DNA of 64,000 nt from Mobula hypostoma (taxonomy: Eukaryota), in NCBI RefSeq assembly GCF_963921235.1, contig NC_086109.1, positions 5,954,001 to 6,018,000 on the forward strand. The letters are read 5' to 3'. Within the stretch, counting starts at the first letter, position 1, and the number at the start of each line of letters is the position of its first letter. Of the stretch, positions 11,684-22,736 are shown piece after piece. The notes beneath the pieces are model-generated. The model saw only the letters and a list, made by a program, of their open reading frames with translations, was not told the origin of the DNA and made no database searches. Position numbers and translations under genes: made by a program.

Positions 11684-13283
11684 CTTTACTTTACTTTATT
11701 ATCACCAAACAATTGATACTAGAGTGTACAATCATCACAGCGATATTTGATTCTGCGCTTCACGCTCCCTGGATTACAAATCGATAGTAAATATTAAAAA
11801 TTTAAATTATAAATCATAACTAGAAAAGGGAAAGTAAGGTAGTGCAAAAAAACCGAGAGGCAGGTCCGGATATTTGGAGGGTATGGCCCAGATCTGGGTC
11901 AGGATCCATTCAGCAGTCTTATCACAGTTGGAAAGAAGCTGTTCCCAAATCTGGCTGTACGAGTCTTCAAGCTCCTGAGCCTTCTCCTGGAGGGAAGAGG
12001 GATGAAAAGTGTGTTGGCTGGGTGGGTCGTGTCCTTGATTATCCTGGCAGCACTGCTCCGACAGTGTGCAGTGTAAAGTGAGTCCAAGGACGGAAGATTT
12101 GTTTGTGTGATGTGCTGCGCCGTGTTCATGATCTTCTGCAGCTTCTTCCGGTCTTGGACAGGACAACTTCCATACCAGGTTGTGATTCACCCTAGAAGGA
12201 TGTTTTCTACGGTGTATCTATAAAAATTAGTGAGGGTTTTAGGGGACAGGCCAAATTTCTTTAGCTTTCTCAGGAAGTAAATGCGCTGGTGGGCCTTCTT
12301 GGCAGTGGACTCTGCTTGGTTGGACCAAGTCAGGTCATTTGTGATATTGACCCCGAGGAACTTAAAGCTTTTGACCTGTTCCACTTGCGCACCACCGATG
12401 TAAATTGGGTCGTGCGGTCCGCTACTCCTTCTGAAGTCAACAACCAATTCCTTCGCCTTGCTGACGTTGAGGGATAGGTTATTGTCTTTGCACCATGCCA
12501 CCAGGTTCTTAATCTCCTCTCTGTACTCAAACTCATCATTACCTGAGATACGGCCTACAATTGTTGCGTCATCAGCAAACTTGTATATTGAGTTCGATGG
12601 AAACTTGGCTACACAATCATGGGTGTACAGTGAGTACAGCAGAGGGCTGAGTACACAGCCTTGTGGGGCACCGGTGCTCAGAGTGATTGTAGAGGAGAGC
12701 TTGTCCCCTATTTTTACAGCCTGGGTCCTGTCTGTGAGGAAGTTGAAGATCCAGCTGCAGATCTGAGTGCTAAGGCCCAGGTTCCGGAGCTTAGGAATCA
12801 GTTTATTTGGAATGATGGTATTAAAGCAGAGCTGTAGTCAATGGAAAGGAGCCTTACGTATGCGTCTTTATTCTCCAGGTGTTCTAAGGAGGAATGTAGG
12901 GCCAGAGAGTTGGCATCTGCCATTGACCTGTCGCTCCGGTAGGCGAATTGCAAAGCGTCGAGGTTGACCGGTGGGCTGTGGTTGATGTGTGCCGTAACCA
13001 ATCTCTCGAAGCACTTCATAGCAATTGATGTCAGAGCTACAGGTCGATAGTCATTCAGGCATGCCACCTTGCTCTTCTTCAGCACTGGGATAATCGTTGC
13101 CTTCTTAAAACACGAGGGGAACTTAGACTAAAGCAAGGAGCAGTTGAAGATGTCAGAAAATGCTCCCCCAGCTAGCTCGCTTGCACAGGCACAGAGAACC
13201 CATCCCGGGACGCCATCCGGGCCCGTCTCCTTCCTTGGATTTATCTTCAGGAAGGCCCTTCTAATGTCCTCCTCGGCGATGAT
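11684..13283 (-). mobile_element. Young 5'-truncated Rex1/Babar-like LINE (~1.6 kb) with frameshifted RT
   Basis: [27 protein letters not shown], a FADD region (aagtttgctgatgac), [17 protein letters not shown] and FKFLGVNIT. (GTAAA)n tail at ~11684-11700. Confidence 0.92.
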
Positions 13284-13351
13284 GAATCTCGATGAATCAA
13301 CCTTGGCGTCATGTCCAAATCCACATACAAAATATCTACTTGCTAGCTTTT

Positions 13352-13618
13352 ATTGATTGAGATACAGTGCTCAGCAGAACCATTTGAGCCATGCCACCGA
13401 GCAACGTGCCCCCGCCCCCCCCAATTCAATCCTAGCCTAATCACAAGACAATTTACAATGACCAGTTCACCTAACCACTGGTACATCTTTGGACTGTGGG
13501 AGGAAACCAGAGCACCCGGACCAGGGGAGAATGTACAAACTCCTTATAGGCAGTGGCAGGAATTGAACGTGGGTCGCTGCTACTGCAACGCACTGTGTTA
13601 GCCACTATGCTATCGTGC
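13352..13618 (-). mobile_element. tRNA-derived V-SINE (HE1-like)
   Basis: Minus strand reads ggcacgatagcatagtggctaac (A box), gttcaattcc (B box), then the V-domain core. Confidence 0.8.
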
Positions 13619-14337
13619 CTATATGTGCTACGTGTGTCTCGTACTGCTTGTAGCTGTTGATACTGAGTTTTGCCTCTTGGCCCCAAGAGGGACATTGATT
13701 CATTTGGCTGTATTTATGGGTAGTCAAGTATGGTTGAATGACAAATCAACTTGAACTCAAACAACATTGGTAACAGATTAATTTAAAATATTAGTAATGT
13801 TAATTTAACAGAAGATGAGCTTTAGGATTCAGATGAAAGACCGCACACTGTTCAGAAGTAGTCACTTCTTCTCTCTCCTCAGAAGCCACCTGGTCATAGA
13901 GTGCTTTCACCGTCTTATATTTCCAGTATTTTGTTCTTGGACCAAAGTGTCAAACTCAAAATAAATTTATTATCAAAATACATATATGTAACCACATGCT
14001 TACCTGAGACTCAATTACTTGCAGACATTCACAGTAGAACAAAGAAATACTATAGAATCAATGTAAAACTACAAAGACTAACAAGCAACTACTGTGCAAA
14101 AGAAACGAACGGTACAAATAAACCTGACATCAAGAACGTGAGTTGTAAAAGCTCTTTGAAAATGAATCCATATGTTGTGCAATCAGTTCAGAGTGGAAGT
14201 GAGTAAAGTTATCCACTCTGGTTCAGGAGCCTGATAGTGGAAGGATAATAATTGCTCCTGACCCTGGTGGCATGGAAACTAGGGCTCCTGTACCTCCTGC
14301 CTGATTGCAGTAGCGAGAAGAGAGCACGGCTTGGATG

Positions 14338-14468
14338 TTAAACACAAGAGATTCTGCAGATGGTGGAAATCCACAGCATCACACACTAAATGCTGGAGGA
14401 ACTCAGCAGGTCAGGCAGTAGCTGTGGAAATGAACTCAGCCTGACCTGCTGAGCTCCCCCAGCATTTT
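14338..14468. mobile_element. Older fold-back Penelope pLTR mini-element
   Basis: aaatgctggaggaactcagcaggtcaggc is inverted against gcctgacctgctgagctcccccagcattt. Degenerate flanking duplication gcacggcttggatg / gtacggcccggatg. Confidence 0.65.
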
Positions 14469-14859
14469 GTACGGCCCGGATGGTGGGGTTTCTTGATGAT
14501 GGATGCCGCTTTCTTGCGGCTCAATGGTAGGGAAGGCTTTCCCTGCGATTTTCTGGTCTGTATCTACTACTTTCTGTACACTTTCCAGCTCCTGGGCATT
14601 GGTGTTTCCATACCCAGCTATGATGCCACCAACAAACAACAGGAATTCTGCAGATGCTGGAAATTCAAGCAACACACATAAAAGTTGCTGGTGAACGCAG
14701 CAGGCCAGGCAGCATCTCTAGGAAGAGGTGCAGTCGACGTTTCAGACCGAGACCCTTCGTCAGGACTAACTGAAGGAAGAGTGAGTAAGGGATTTGGAAG
14801 TTGGAGGGGGAGGGGTCCATACCTGGTCCATTTCCAACACCTCCCTCCCCTTTCTAGAT

Positions 14860-15830
14860 TACCTGGTCCATTTCCAACACCTCCCTCCCCTTTCTAGATC
14901 TTTCTGTCTCTGTCTCTGGAGACAGCTTATCCACTGATGTCTACTATAAGCCTGCTGACTCTCACAGCTATCTGGACTATTCCTCTTCTCACCCTGTCCC
15001 TTGCAAAAACGCCATCCCCTTCTCGCAATTCCTCCGTCTCCGCCGCATCTGCTCTCAGGATGAGGCTTTTCATTCTAGGACGAGGGAGATGACTTCCTTT
15101 TTTAAAGAAAGGGGCTTCCCTTCCTCCACTATCAACTCTGCTCTTAAACGCATCTCCCCCATTTCACGTACATCTGCTCTCACTCCATCCTCCCGTCACC
15201 CCACTAGGAATAGGGTTCCCCTGGTCCTCACCTACCACCCCACCAGCCTCCGGGTCCAACATATTATTCTCCGTAACTTCCGCCACCTCCAACGGGATCC
15301 CACCACTAAGCACATCTTTCCCTCCCCCCCTCTGCATTCCGCAGGGATCGCTCCCTACGCAACTCCCTTGTCCATTCGTCCCCCCCATCCCTCCCCACTG
15401 ATCTCCCTCCTGGCACTTATCCGTGTAAGCGGAACAAGTGCTACACATGCCCTTACACTTCCTCCCTTACCACCATTCAGGGCCCCAAACAGTCCTTCCA
15501 GGTGAGGTAACACTTCACCTGTGAGTCGGCTGGGATGATATACTGCGTCCGGTGCTCCCGATGTGGCCTTTTATATATTGGCGAGACCCGACGCAGACTG
15601 GGAGACCGCTTTGCTGAACATCTACGCTCTGTCCACCAGAGAAAGCAGGATCTCCCAGTGGCCACACATTTTAATTCCACATCCCATTCCCATTCTGACA
15701 TGTCTATCCACGGCCTCCTCTACTGTAAAGATGAAGCCACACGCAGGTTGGAGGAACAACACCTTATATTCCGTCTGGGTAGCCTCCAACCTGATGGCAT
15801 GAACATCGACTTCTCTAACTTCCGCCACGG
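14860..15830 (+). pseudogene. Penelope RT C-terminus and GIY-YIG endonuclease, disrupted
   Basis: FLDLSV..STDVYYKP.DSHSYLDYSSSHP..KNAIPFSQFLRLRRICS, then GIY-YIG. Frameshift near 15330 and an in-frame TAA at 15508-15510 relative to the copy at 50834-51739. Confidence 0.88.
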
Positions 15831-16121
15831 CCCCACCTCCCCCTCGTACCCATCTGTTACTTATTTTTATACACACATTCTTTCTCTCACTCTCCTTTTT
15901 CTCCCTCTGTCCCTCTGAATATACCTCTTGCCCATCCTTTGGGTCCCCGCCCCCGCTTGTCTTTCTTCCCGGACCTCCTGTCCTATGATCCTCTCATATC
16001 CCTTTTGCCTATCACCTGTCCAGCTCTCAGCTCCATCCCTCCCCCTCCTGTCTTCTCCTGTCATTTTGCATCTCCCCCTCCCCCTCCAACTTTCAAGTCC
16101 CTTACTCACTCTTCCTTCAGT

Positions 16122-16159
16122 TAGTCCTGACGAAGAGTCTCGACCTGAAACGTCGACTG
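16122..16159 (+). ncRNA. Minimal type-I hammerhead ribozyme motif in Penelope pLTR (predicted)
   Basis: UAGUC-CUGACGA-[stem II]-GAA-ACGU-C^GACUG. Stem I is UAGUC/GACUG, core boxes are intact, ACGU helix III is palindromic. Predicted cut after C16154; stem II is imperfect in this copy. Confidence 0.65.
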
Positions 16160-16610
16160 CACCTCTTCCTAGAGATGCTGCCTGGCCTGCTGCGTTCACC
16201 AGCAACTTTGATGTATGATGCCACCAGTCAGAATGCTCTCCGCCATGCATCAAAAGAAGTTTGTCAAAGTCTTAGGTGACATGCCAACTCTATGCAAATG
16301 TCAAAGTAAGTAGAGGCACTGCCATGCCATGCCTCCATTGTCACTAATTACATTACTCTTACAGCCTCCAGAATACTGCCTGTTCAATGCAGTACTGCAG
16401 TAATCAAACTGCTACAATTAGAACAATTATTAATTAGATAAGCAGACTACAATAATCAATAATTAGACTCCAATAAACAATAATTAGATTGAAATAATCA
16501 TTAAATTAAAAAAATTACTTTGAACTTTAATCTTTGGTGCTGCCTCCCTGTTTTACCCTGGTAGTTGGTTTTATTACATTTGTTCAGAGAGAAATACAGC
16601 AGGGATTCAG

Positions 16611-16917
16611 GCAGTGTCTCTTCCCCAGGGCACCACTGCTCAATACGAGAGGACATGGCTTTAAGGTAAGGGGTGGGAAGTTCAAGGGGGATATTAGAGG
16701 AAGGTTTTTTACTCAGAGAGTGGTTGGTACATGGAATGCACTGCCTGAGTCAGTGGTGAAGGCAGATACACTAGTGAAGTTTAAGAGACTACTAGACAGG
16801 TATATGGACAAATTTAATTTGGGGGCTTATATGGGAGGCAGGGTTTGAGGGTTGACACAACATTGTGGGCCGAAGGGCCTGTACTGTGCTGTACTATTCT
16901 ATGTTCTATGTTCTATT
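16611..16917 (+). mobile_element. Short CR1 3' fragment with (TTCTATG)n tail
   Basis: NTRGHGFKVRGGKFKGDIRGRFFTQRVVGTWNALP, then gggccgaagggcct and ttctatgttctatgttctat. Confidence 0.9.
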
Positions 16918-18087
16918 AATTAGACTGCAATTGTCAGACTACTTCCTGAATCCACCAGATGTCTCAAAGTCTTTTAAATGTCCCTAACATACCTGCCTCT
17001 ATCACCACTGGCAGCACATTTCACAAACCAACCACTCTGTGTTAATAAAACCTATCTCCGACATCCCTCCTACACTCTTCTCCAATCACCTCTCCCATTA
17101 GCCATCCCTGCCCCGGGGGAAAGTCTCTGGCTGTCCATTCGATCTATGCCTCTTATCATCTTGCACACCTCTCATCTTCCGCCGCTCCGAAGAGAAAAGT
17201 CCCAGCTCGGTCAGCCTATCAATGACGGGAATGTGGGGAAAATTAAGAGAGGGATTAATGTCAGACTAGTGTCAATGGGTGGCTGGTGGTTAGCACAGAC
17301 TTTATGGGCCGAAGGGCTGAATCCCTGCTGTATTTCTCTCTGAACAAATGTAATAAAACCAACTACCAGGGTGAAACAGGGAGGCAGCAGTAAGGATTAA
17401 AGTTCAAAGTAATTTTTTTTATTTAAGTACAGATATGTCACCAAATACCACCCTGACTCGGCCCACTGCTCCCTCTCCAGCAGAAAATCCTCTGGTGGTG
17501 CCTTGATTACACAAGGTCATGAGTTCTCTCGCCTGCACGACAGCAAATGTCAGTGTGGAATTGCAAAATCTTGCCATGTCCATTGGGATGCCCTAGTAGA
17601 CTGAGCCACATGCCCTGTCATACCTGACTTGGCTACAGAGGAAAAACACGGGCCTTAAGTCAGCCACCCCGAGTGAGACGTTGCTCAATCATATTCCAGC
17701 ACGAGATTTTCCAAAAACACACTGAAGATTCCCCTTCACAGAACCACAATTAAAGAGTCACTTCCTGTGTAAATGATTAAAGACCACGGTCAGGTATGCT
17801 GCACAGCAAGGCTTTTTCCAAATTTACAACATCAGAAAATACTCATCACCAACAAGGCAAAACAGATCGAGTCCTTACAATGAACCGGAGACTTCCCATC
17901 CGCCAGAGTTCACCTGCTCCACCCTTGAACCTGGAGGCAGCTGGCCATCCTGCAGACTGTTGGCACTCACTTCTTGCTGCCGATCTAATCGAGGGTGGGA
18001 TGTTCTCTCTTCTACCCCCCTCCCATCCAGCAGAAGACAGAAAAACTCAAGAACACGTACCACCAGGACAGCTTCTATCCCGCGGTT

Positions 18088-18690
18088 ATAGACAATAGAC
18101 AATAGGTGCAGGAGTAGGCCATTCGGCCCTTCGAGCCAGCACCACCATTCACTGTGATCATGGCTGATCATCCACAATCAGTATCCAGTTCCTGCCTTAT
18201 CCCCATAACCTTTGATTCCGCTATCTTTAAGAGCTCTATCCATCTATTTTTTGAAAGTATCCAGAGACTTGGCCTCCACAGCCTTCTGGGGCAGAGCATT
18301 CCATATATCCACCACTCTCTGGGTGAAAAAGTTTTTCCTCAACTCCGTTCTAAATGGCCTGCCCCTAATTCTTAAACTGTGGCCTCTGGTTCTGGACTCG
18401 TCCATCAGCGGGAACATGCTTCCTGCCTGCAGCATGTCCAATCCCTTAATAATCTTATATGTTTCAATAAGATCCCCTCTCAGCCTTCTAAATTCCAGAG
18501 TATACAAGCCCAGTCGCTCCAATCTTTCGACATATGACAGTCCCACCGTCCCAGGAATTAACCTCGTGAATCTACGCTGCACTCCCTCAATAGCAAGAAT
18601 GTCCTTCCTCAAATTTGGGGACCAAAATTGCACACAGTACTCCAGGTGTGGTCTCACCAGGGCCCCGTACAGCTGCAGAAGAACCTCTTT
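18088..18690 (-). mobile_element. CR1 3' fragment with (ATAGACA)n tail
   Basis: LYGALVRPHLEYCVQFWSP..EGVQRRFTRLIPG..TRGHSLRIRG..FFTQRVV. Confidence 0.92.
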
Positions 18691-18796
18691 GGTTATAAAA
18701 CTCTTCAACGAGCCCTCTACACGATACAACTCAGAATCAAGAGTAACACACACACAAAACGCTGTGGGAACTCAGCAAGTCAGGCAGCACCTACAG

Positions 18797-18852
18797 CAAG
18801 GCTTCCCAACCTTTAACCAAAGAGCCCGTGAACTCCAGGATGGGAACCCCTG
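18797..18852. mobile_element. Tiny hAT-Charlie-type MITE inside a pLTR fragment
   Basis: caaggcttcccaacc ... ggatgggaacccctg termini. Degenerate 8-bp flanks acctacag / acctttgg. Confidence 0.5.
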
Positions 18853-19231
18853 ACCTTTGGAAAAGAGTAAAGAGTCAACGAGACCCTTCACCAGTCCTGG
18901 TGGAATATACTGAGACCAATCAACCAATCAAATTGCATACCTTTGGAACGTGGGAATTGTTGTTACTGCAGATTAAATACTAACATTTCAAAGTTCAAAG
19001 AAAATTTATGGTCAAAGTATATACCACCTTAAGATACCTTTTCTTGAAGGCATTTAAAGAAATACAATAGAATCTGTGAAAAATAATAGATAACAGAGAC
19101 TAACAAACAACCAATGTGCAAAAAAAGACAAAGTGATTGAAAGAGCACAAGGATGTCGGCAGGACTTGAGGATCAGAGTTATTGTGAAAGGTGCAATAGG
19201 TTAGGACTGTGTTCCCTGGAGCATAACAGAA

Positions 19232-19640
19232 TTCTTCTGGTAAGATGGCGGCGTGCTAGGACGCAGCAGCCACTCCAGGCCCGACTGAAGGCGTGATTGT
19301 TCGACCTTTACATCGTTCTCACGATTGTGAGACACAGCTGGACACTGGGAAAATCAAGTACTGCAGGTCTAACCCCATCAGCGAGTTGCTCGATCACGAT
19401 GAGGCAGGGTTTATTACGTCCCGTTGTTGTGTTGTCGTCTGGAATTGCTGAGTACTCTGGTGCCGAGGCGGTGCGCGGTCCAGCAAGCGGAGCGAGTGAC
19501 CGTCTCGGGCGTTTTTGCTGTGATCGCAAGACCCTGTTGGACATGGGTAATGTCGAATACAGTGAGTCTGGTTCATTGCTGATCCATTGGGTGGACCTGG
19601 TGGACTAAGCCCTCCTGCCACGGGGTTGCCTGTCACAGCC
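19232..19640 (+). mobile_element. CpG-rich putative LINE 5' end
   Basis: Starts ttctggtaagatggcggcg, a YY1-like start common at fish LINE 5' ends, and is CpG-rich relative to its flanks. No diagnostic protein motif. Confidence 0.35.
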
Positions 19641-19654
19641 GCGCAGGGAAGCTG

Positions 19655-19870
19655 ATTTATTTACTGAGATACAGCGTGGAATAGGCCCTTCGAGTTGCAC
19701 CGCCCAGCAATCTCCCGATTTAATCCTGGCCTAATCACTGGACAATTTACAATGACCAATTAACCTACCCACCAGTATGGCTTTGGACTGTGGGAGGAAA
19801 CTGGAGCGCCCAGAGGAAACCCACGCGGTCACGGGGAGAATGTACCAAACTCCTCACAGGCAGTGGCGGG
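19655..19870 (-). mobile_element. HE1-like V-SINE (head truncated)
   Basis: V-domain core with an A-rich tail; matches 38265-38405. Confidence 0.8.
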
Positions 19871-20225
19871 AAGATGCCACTTGAGGAGACACCAGAGGCG
19901 GTGTGAGAGAGAGCGCAGAGGCCTCTTGGCGTGCTGGAGTCTGTACTGGGTCGGGGACTGAAACCGGCTGTCTGTGCTGCCCTCCAGTGTTCGCTCGGTG
20001 GAAGAGCAAGCCGGACCAGGACAACACTGCACACACCATCAATCTGCAAGCCACACCACTTGGGAACTTGGACTATAAATACTTTATTGTTGCCAAACAA
20101 TTGATACTAGAACGTACAATACCAATCATCGTATTTTTGTGTGACCGTATGTTTTCTGCTATCGTAACTATATGTGCTGTGTGCTGTTGGTCCCAGAGGA
20201 ACATGGTTTCCTTTGACTGTATTCA

Positions 20226-20713
20226 TGTATAGTCATAGTGATACTTTATTGATCCCAAGGGAAATTGGGTTTCGTTACAGTTGCACCAACCAAGAATAGA
20301 GTATAAATATAGCAAAATAAAACCATAAATACTTAAATAGTAATATGTAACTTATGCCAGATGGAAATAAGTCCAGGACCAGCCTATTGGCTCAGGGTGT
20401 CTGACCCTCCAAGGGAGGAGTTGTAAAGTTTGATGGCCACAGGCAGGAATGACTTCCTATGATGCTCTGTGCTGCATCTCGGTGGAATGAGTCTCTGGCT
20501 GAATGTACTCCTGTGCCCAACCAGCACATTACGTAGTGGATGGGAGACATTGTCCAAGATGACATGCAACTTAGACAGCATCCTCTTTTCAGACACCACC
20601 GTCAGAGAGTCCAGTTCCATCCCCACAACATCACTGGCCTTACGAATGAGTTTGTTGATTCTGTTGGTGTCTGCTACCCTCAGCCTGCTGCCCCAGCGCA
20701 CAACAGCAAACAT
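20226..20713 (-). mobile_element. Rex1/Babar-like LINE 3' end, second subfamily, (ACTATG)n tail
   Basis: FAVVRWGS..RINKLIRKA..ILDNVSHPL..RLIPPRCSTEHHRKSFLPVAIKLYN. The same terminus recurs at 36517-36643. Confidence 0.85.
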
Positions 20714-20739
20714 GATAAATAAACTGGAATTTGAATTTG

Positions 20740-21095
20740 AATGAGGGGAGATTTGACAGAATTATACACAATTCTGGAGTATAGAAAATGACAGCAGGCT
20801 TTTTCCACTGAGGTTGAGTGAGACTAGAACTCGTCATAGATTAGGAGTGAAAGGTGAATTAGTTAAGGGGAACATGAGGAGGAACCTGTTCACTCAGAGG
20901 GTGGTGAGAGTGTTGAACGAGCTGCCAGCAGTGGATGTGCGTCCATTTCAACATTAAAGAGAAATCTGGAGAGGTACATGGATGGGAAGGGAACGGAGGG
21001 CGACGGTCCAGGTGCGGGTCAATGGGACAAGGTAAAATAACAGATTGGCATGACCTAGATGAGCTGAGGGGCTTTTTGGTGCTGTAGCTCTATGA
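20740..21095 (+). mobile_element. Degraded CR1 3' fragment
   Basis: atgaggggagatttga..ttcactcagagggtggtgagagt..gagctgcca..ggtacatggatggga, the CR1 ORF2 end. Confidence 0.75.
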
Positions 21096-21626
21096 TAAAC
21101 TATGCAAATAAAAAACATACTGAGAATATGAACAATAACTTCTTTGAAAATGGGTTTGTAGGTCGCAGAATCGGTTCACAGTAGCTGGTTCGGAGGCCTG
21201 ATAGCTGTAGCATAACTGTTCCTGAACCTAGTACGGTGAGACCCGTGCTTCCCGTACCTCCTGCCCAATGGCAGCTGTGAGAAGACAGCTGTTTACATTA
21301 TAAACTGGGACTGGCATTTGTGTTATCCTGATTTCCCACTTCCCCTCTCCATGCCCTCTTTGTCTGGGTTCACAATGCAACCACAAATGTCAAGAAATGT
21401 CAATCACGTGATCCACAGTTGGAGCAAATGCAAAGAACCTCACAGCTCATTTGTACTGGCGCATTAAACTCCAGTGAATTCTGGAAAAGCAAACTCCTTC
21501 AGTTGCCAAGGAAGCAGGAGAGAAATTAAACAGGCAATCAGGAGGGGTAAAAAAAAAAGTCATAAAGTGCATTCCCCTCAAAAATCATTGGCAAGTTCCT
21601 GAACCCAGACCTCTGCGATTTCAAAA

Positions 21627-21955
21627 GACCATAAGATATAGGAGCAGAATTAGGCCATTCATCCTATAATGTCTGCTAGAACATTCCATCATGGCTGATT
21701 CATTATCCCTCTCAACCCCATTCTCCTGCCTTCTCCCCATAACCTTTGATGCCCTGACAAATCAAGAACCTAATCAAGGTCTGCTTTAAATATACCCAAT
21801 GACTTGGCCTCCACAGCCACCTGTGGTAATGAATTCCACAGATTCACCACACTCTGGCTAAAGAAATTCCTCCTCATCTCCATTCTAAAGGGATGCCCTT
21901 GCATTTTGAGGCTGTGGCCTCTGGTCCTAGATTTCCCAACTAAAGGGAACACCTT
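21627..21955 (-). mobile_element. CR1 3' fragment
   Basis: FPLVGKSRTRGHSLKMQG..RRNFFSQSVVNLWNSLPQ; cataaga-type tail. Confidence 0.88.
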
Positions 21956-22736
21956 CTGTTACACCATCATCCAACAGAGTGGATTTGACCTGAAACTCTA
22001 CCTCGTCATTTCTCCACAGTTTCTGACTGACCTGCTGAGTATTTCCACAACTTTCTAACTTTATTTCAGATTTCTAGCATTTGGCCTCAGTCCAATGTCT
22101 AGGTGAAGATCTAAGATCACCCAAGTGACACAGATGCAATTGGACTGCAGATAAACATGAAGATGTTCCCTCTGCATAGGAAAGCTCGACTTCCTCACCG
22201 AGAGACCACAATCAGAGCAAAACAGGAACCTCTCCTCCTCTTCACTGACCATCAGCTTGGGAGCACACCAGTACCGTGTGCTCGGCCCCCCGGCTCTGTC
22301 ATCTCTATACCTGCAATTGCATAGCGAGGCAGGGCTCCGACACTATCTGTAACCACATTGAGGGCACCACCGTTGATGGGGAGGAGGAGGTGTGCAGGAG
22401 TGACTGAAGGTTGGCCAGCTGAGTGGTGCTTTAACAACATGGCCCTCAGTGTCAGCAGGGCCAAGGTCTTGATTGTGGACGTCAAGATCGGGAAGTCAGA
22501 AGAACACACACCAGTCCATGCTGACTGCTCAGTAGAGGGAAGGGTAAGCAGCTCCAGGTCCCTGGTGGCAACATTTCTGAGGCATCACTGTAAGTTAGAG
22601 AAGTCAATGTTCATGCCATCAGGTTGGAGGCTACCCAAACAGAATATAAGGTGTTGTTCCTCCAATCTAAGTGTGGCCTTATCCCGTCATTTGGGAATGG
22701 GAAGTGGAATTAAAATGGGTGCCTTGAAACCATTTG

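Larger units (their letters stand above)
14632..16213 (+). mobile_element. Penelope-like element: inverted 5' pLTR, then RT C-terminus/GIY-YIG, then 3' pLTR
   Basis: 13-bp TSD TATGATGCCACCA (14619-14631, 16214-16226). GIY-YIG motif IYCVRCSRCGLLYIGETRRRLGDRFAEH. 14650-14815 is the reverse complement of the 3' pLTR. Host is a Rex-like relic. Confidence 0.95.
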
